A DNA stretch of 63,521 bases, the filler included, from Octopus bimaculoides (taxonomy: Eukaryota), in the NCBI RefSeq assembly GCF_001194135.2. It is 7 parts of 7 records of this genome, joined end to end, with 100 filler letters (N's around TTAATTAATTAA, not from the genome) between each part and the next. Parts side by side here need not be neighbours in the genome. Positions count along the whole stretch, not along the records: positions 58,875 to 63,521 come from NC_068996.1; 6 more parts are not named here. One strand, 5' to 3'. Below are positions 61,401-63,521 of this stretch, in pieces (within the stretch, counting starts at the first letter, position 1; each line of letters opens with the position of its first letter). The position numbers and the translations under genes are program-made. Under the pieces are notes generated by a model that saw only the letters and a program-made list of their open reading frames with translations, had not been told where the DNA came from and made no database searches.

Positions 61401-61959
61401 CTTCCCTTTAATTCCATATTGTCATTTACATATTTCTCTCTATATTTTTCCTTACTGCTTAAAAACGTTTTCTCTTATTTCGCCTGCCTCCCCCTCTTAC
61501 CCTTCTCCCTTCCTAAACTTACAGGTACATACACCAACATACACCTCTACTTCATACTGTAAACGTGCTCACTGCACACAATATACATTCTTCAATTGTA
61601 AACCCATAATTGCTGCCACAATTCTTCCCCATTCTCTTTTGCTTTCTTCATGCATGTATATTTTTTCTCTTCCTTGACCATAAATATTTCCCCACCCTCT
61701 TCCCATCACGTTACTTTTTTTCAAATACCACTCTCCTTGCTAATTTCTGTGATTTAGCCAGAACAGCCCTATTGATTATTACCGGGCAAATAATCTTACT
61801 TAAATTTCTATTTCTTCTCACTCCCTTATATTTTTTTCTTTTTTCCCTTTTTTAATCCTTCTTTCTCTCTACATTTTTATTCTCCTCTCCTTCTCTGCTC
61901 TATACACATTCTGATTGAATCTTCAGCATGTTAACATACACCTCCTTGCAACAATGCAA

Positions 61960-62880
61960 ACTTTCATTTAATCAAGATATCCTTGGCCTGAAGAGTAGCC
62001 TGTGGTATACACCTCGCTTGGATATAATCACCACTTCCAAGGTTCCGCTCGCTATGAAACATATGTTGCCAGGATCTTATCTGTTCCATTCTTTAAGTCT
62101 TGTATTTTTATTTGCACACCTGGCAACCCTGGTCGCCTACCAAGAAATATAAAAAGAACCTTTTTCAGTTTATTGTACTTCAATATGGAAAAAAGTCCAG
62201 AACCTCCCGTCTCAATAAACCACTGTTGTTCCAGAAAGTTGTTTTTTAATATTTACTATGGATTGCTTGAAGCTTACTTTCTTCCTACACCTCGATCCCT
62301 GCAAGTGTCTGCAAAAGTCTTCTCCACAGATACTGAACAGAGTCCTCAAATAGTCTCCCACTGTTCTAAAGTCTACAAATTTAGAGTCACTATGATCAAT
62401 GTTGACACATTGAAAAGTGGGTCTGGCAGGACTGTTAAAATGCTTGAGTAAAGTTGTGTAGATATGTGCTATGTGCAAGAGGTGCGATGGAGGGGGGCCT
62501 CATTCAGACTGAATATGGACAAGGGACAGATACAAATTCTTCTGGATAGGGGTTAGTGATAGAGTGGCTGGTATAAGTATGCTTTTGGAAGAGAAATGGG
62601 TTGCTAAGGTGACTGAGGTAACCAGGGTGTGATAAGATTATCAAACTACAATAGTCTTGTGTAATGGATTAGTGATATTTATTTCTGCATATGCTCCACA
62701 CGCTCGACTACCAAATGGACAGAAGGGCTGTTTCTATGAGACCGTCTCCATGACGAAAGACAATAACTGTATCATCATGGCTGGTAATTTCAATGGTTAT
62801 GTTGGGCAGCACTCCAATGGATTTCATGGCATGCATGGAAGTTACAGCTTTGGTACTAAAAATGAGGAAGGAAGAAACAT
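61960..62880 (+). mobile_element. RTE-clade LINE 5' region with decayed APE endonuclease
   Basis: MINVDTLKSGSG..VDMCYVQEVRWRG, YKFFWIG..AGISMLLEEKWV, ISAYAPH, AGNFNGYVG..FHGMHGSYSFGTKNEEG; stops and frameshifts. Confidence 0.8.
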
Positions 62881-63267
62881 TCTAATTAAAGCATTTAATA
62901 AGAAGGAGTATGAGGTATTAATAAATAACATAGAAGGTAACTGGAAATTCTTCTGGAACAATTTACCGAAGGCTATAAGTCTATGGCTGAGATATAGTTT
63001 TAGCCACACCAAGCACCCAAACATACATCATAAACAAATATGCATGGGACAGGATAACTAGCTAAACCAATCATGCATCTGCAAACCACCAATGTTTTAA
63101 TAAGAAATTTTCATCTAAATATAAGAGAATTTATGACCCTCAGAAATTCTGTTTCTTTGAATCACATGATCTGAAGTTAACATCACCATCTTGTTTGGAA
63201 CTGATATGGAATTCATGAAAAATGTTGGCATTAAATAATTGCCTAAAATGTGTATTTTGAAATATAA

Positions 63268-63269
63268 GT

Positions 63270-63308
<39 letters not shown>

Positions 63309-63473
63309 CGCTCACACACACACACATACACATACACATACATACAAACACACATATACACAGTCACACGCAATCGCACACATACATAAATATACACACA
63401 GACACACAGACAGACACACACACAATTTATATATACATACATGTCTATCTATCTATCTATCTATCTATCTATC

Positions 63474-63521
<48 letters not shown>
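63268..63521. repeat. Compound (CA)n/(TATC)n/(TA)n microsatellite
   Basis: Seen directly. Confidence 0.95.

Overview
AT-rich eukaryotic genomic DNA from a gappy draft assembly (roughly a tenth N; six ~100-bp gaps carry an artificial TTAATTAATTAA spacer). The tRNA-derived SINE repertoire and dense (TA)n/(CA)n/(TATG)n/(AGAT)n microsatellites look like an octopus (coleoid cephalopod) genome; this is pattern recognition, not a database result. No host protein-coding gene could be identified, so the window reads as intergenic or deep intronic. Most listed ORFs are microsatellite or N translations. The recognisable coding sequence is decayed transposon: mariners (one near full-length DD34D, mellifera- and irritans-like remnants, MITEs), DD37D maT, a pogo derivative with a PHD finger, a hAT MITE, a Helitron-like element, RTE, HERO, R4/Dong-like and Penelope-like retroelements, plus about 30 SINE copies in at least four families. 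Best leads: (1) a minimal type I hammerhead ribozyme fold at 54105-54141, plus an inverted pair of degenerate hammerhead cores at 22833-22887; (2) an RT-less bipartite RTE joining its APE endonuclease to two C2H2 fingers; (3) a DDE-less pogo retaining a PHD finger; (4) a TTAA-bounded telomere-repeat palindrome; (5) a ~157-nt near-perfect hairpin; (6) a CpG-rich candidate first exon on the minus strand.
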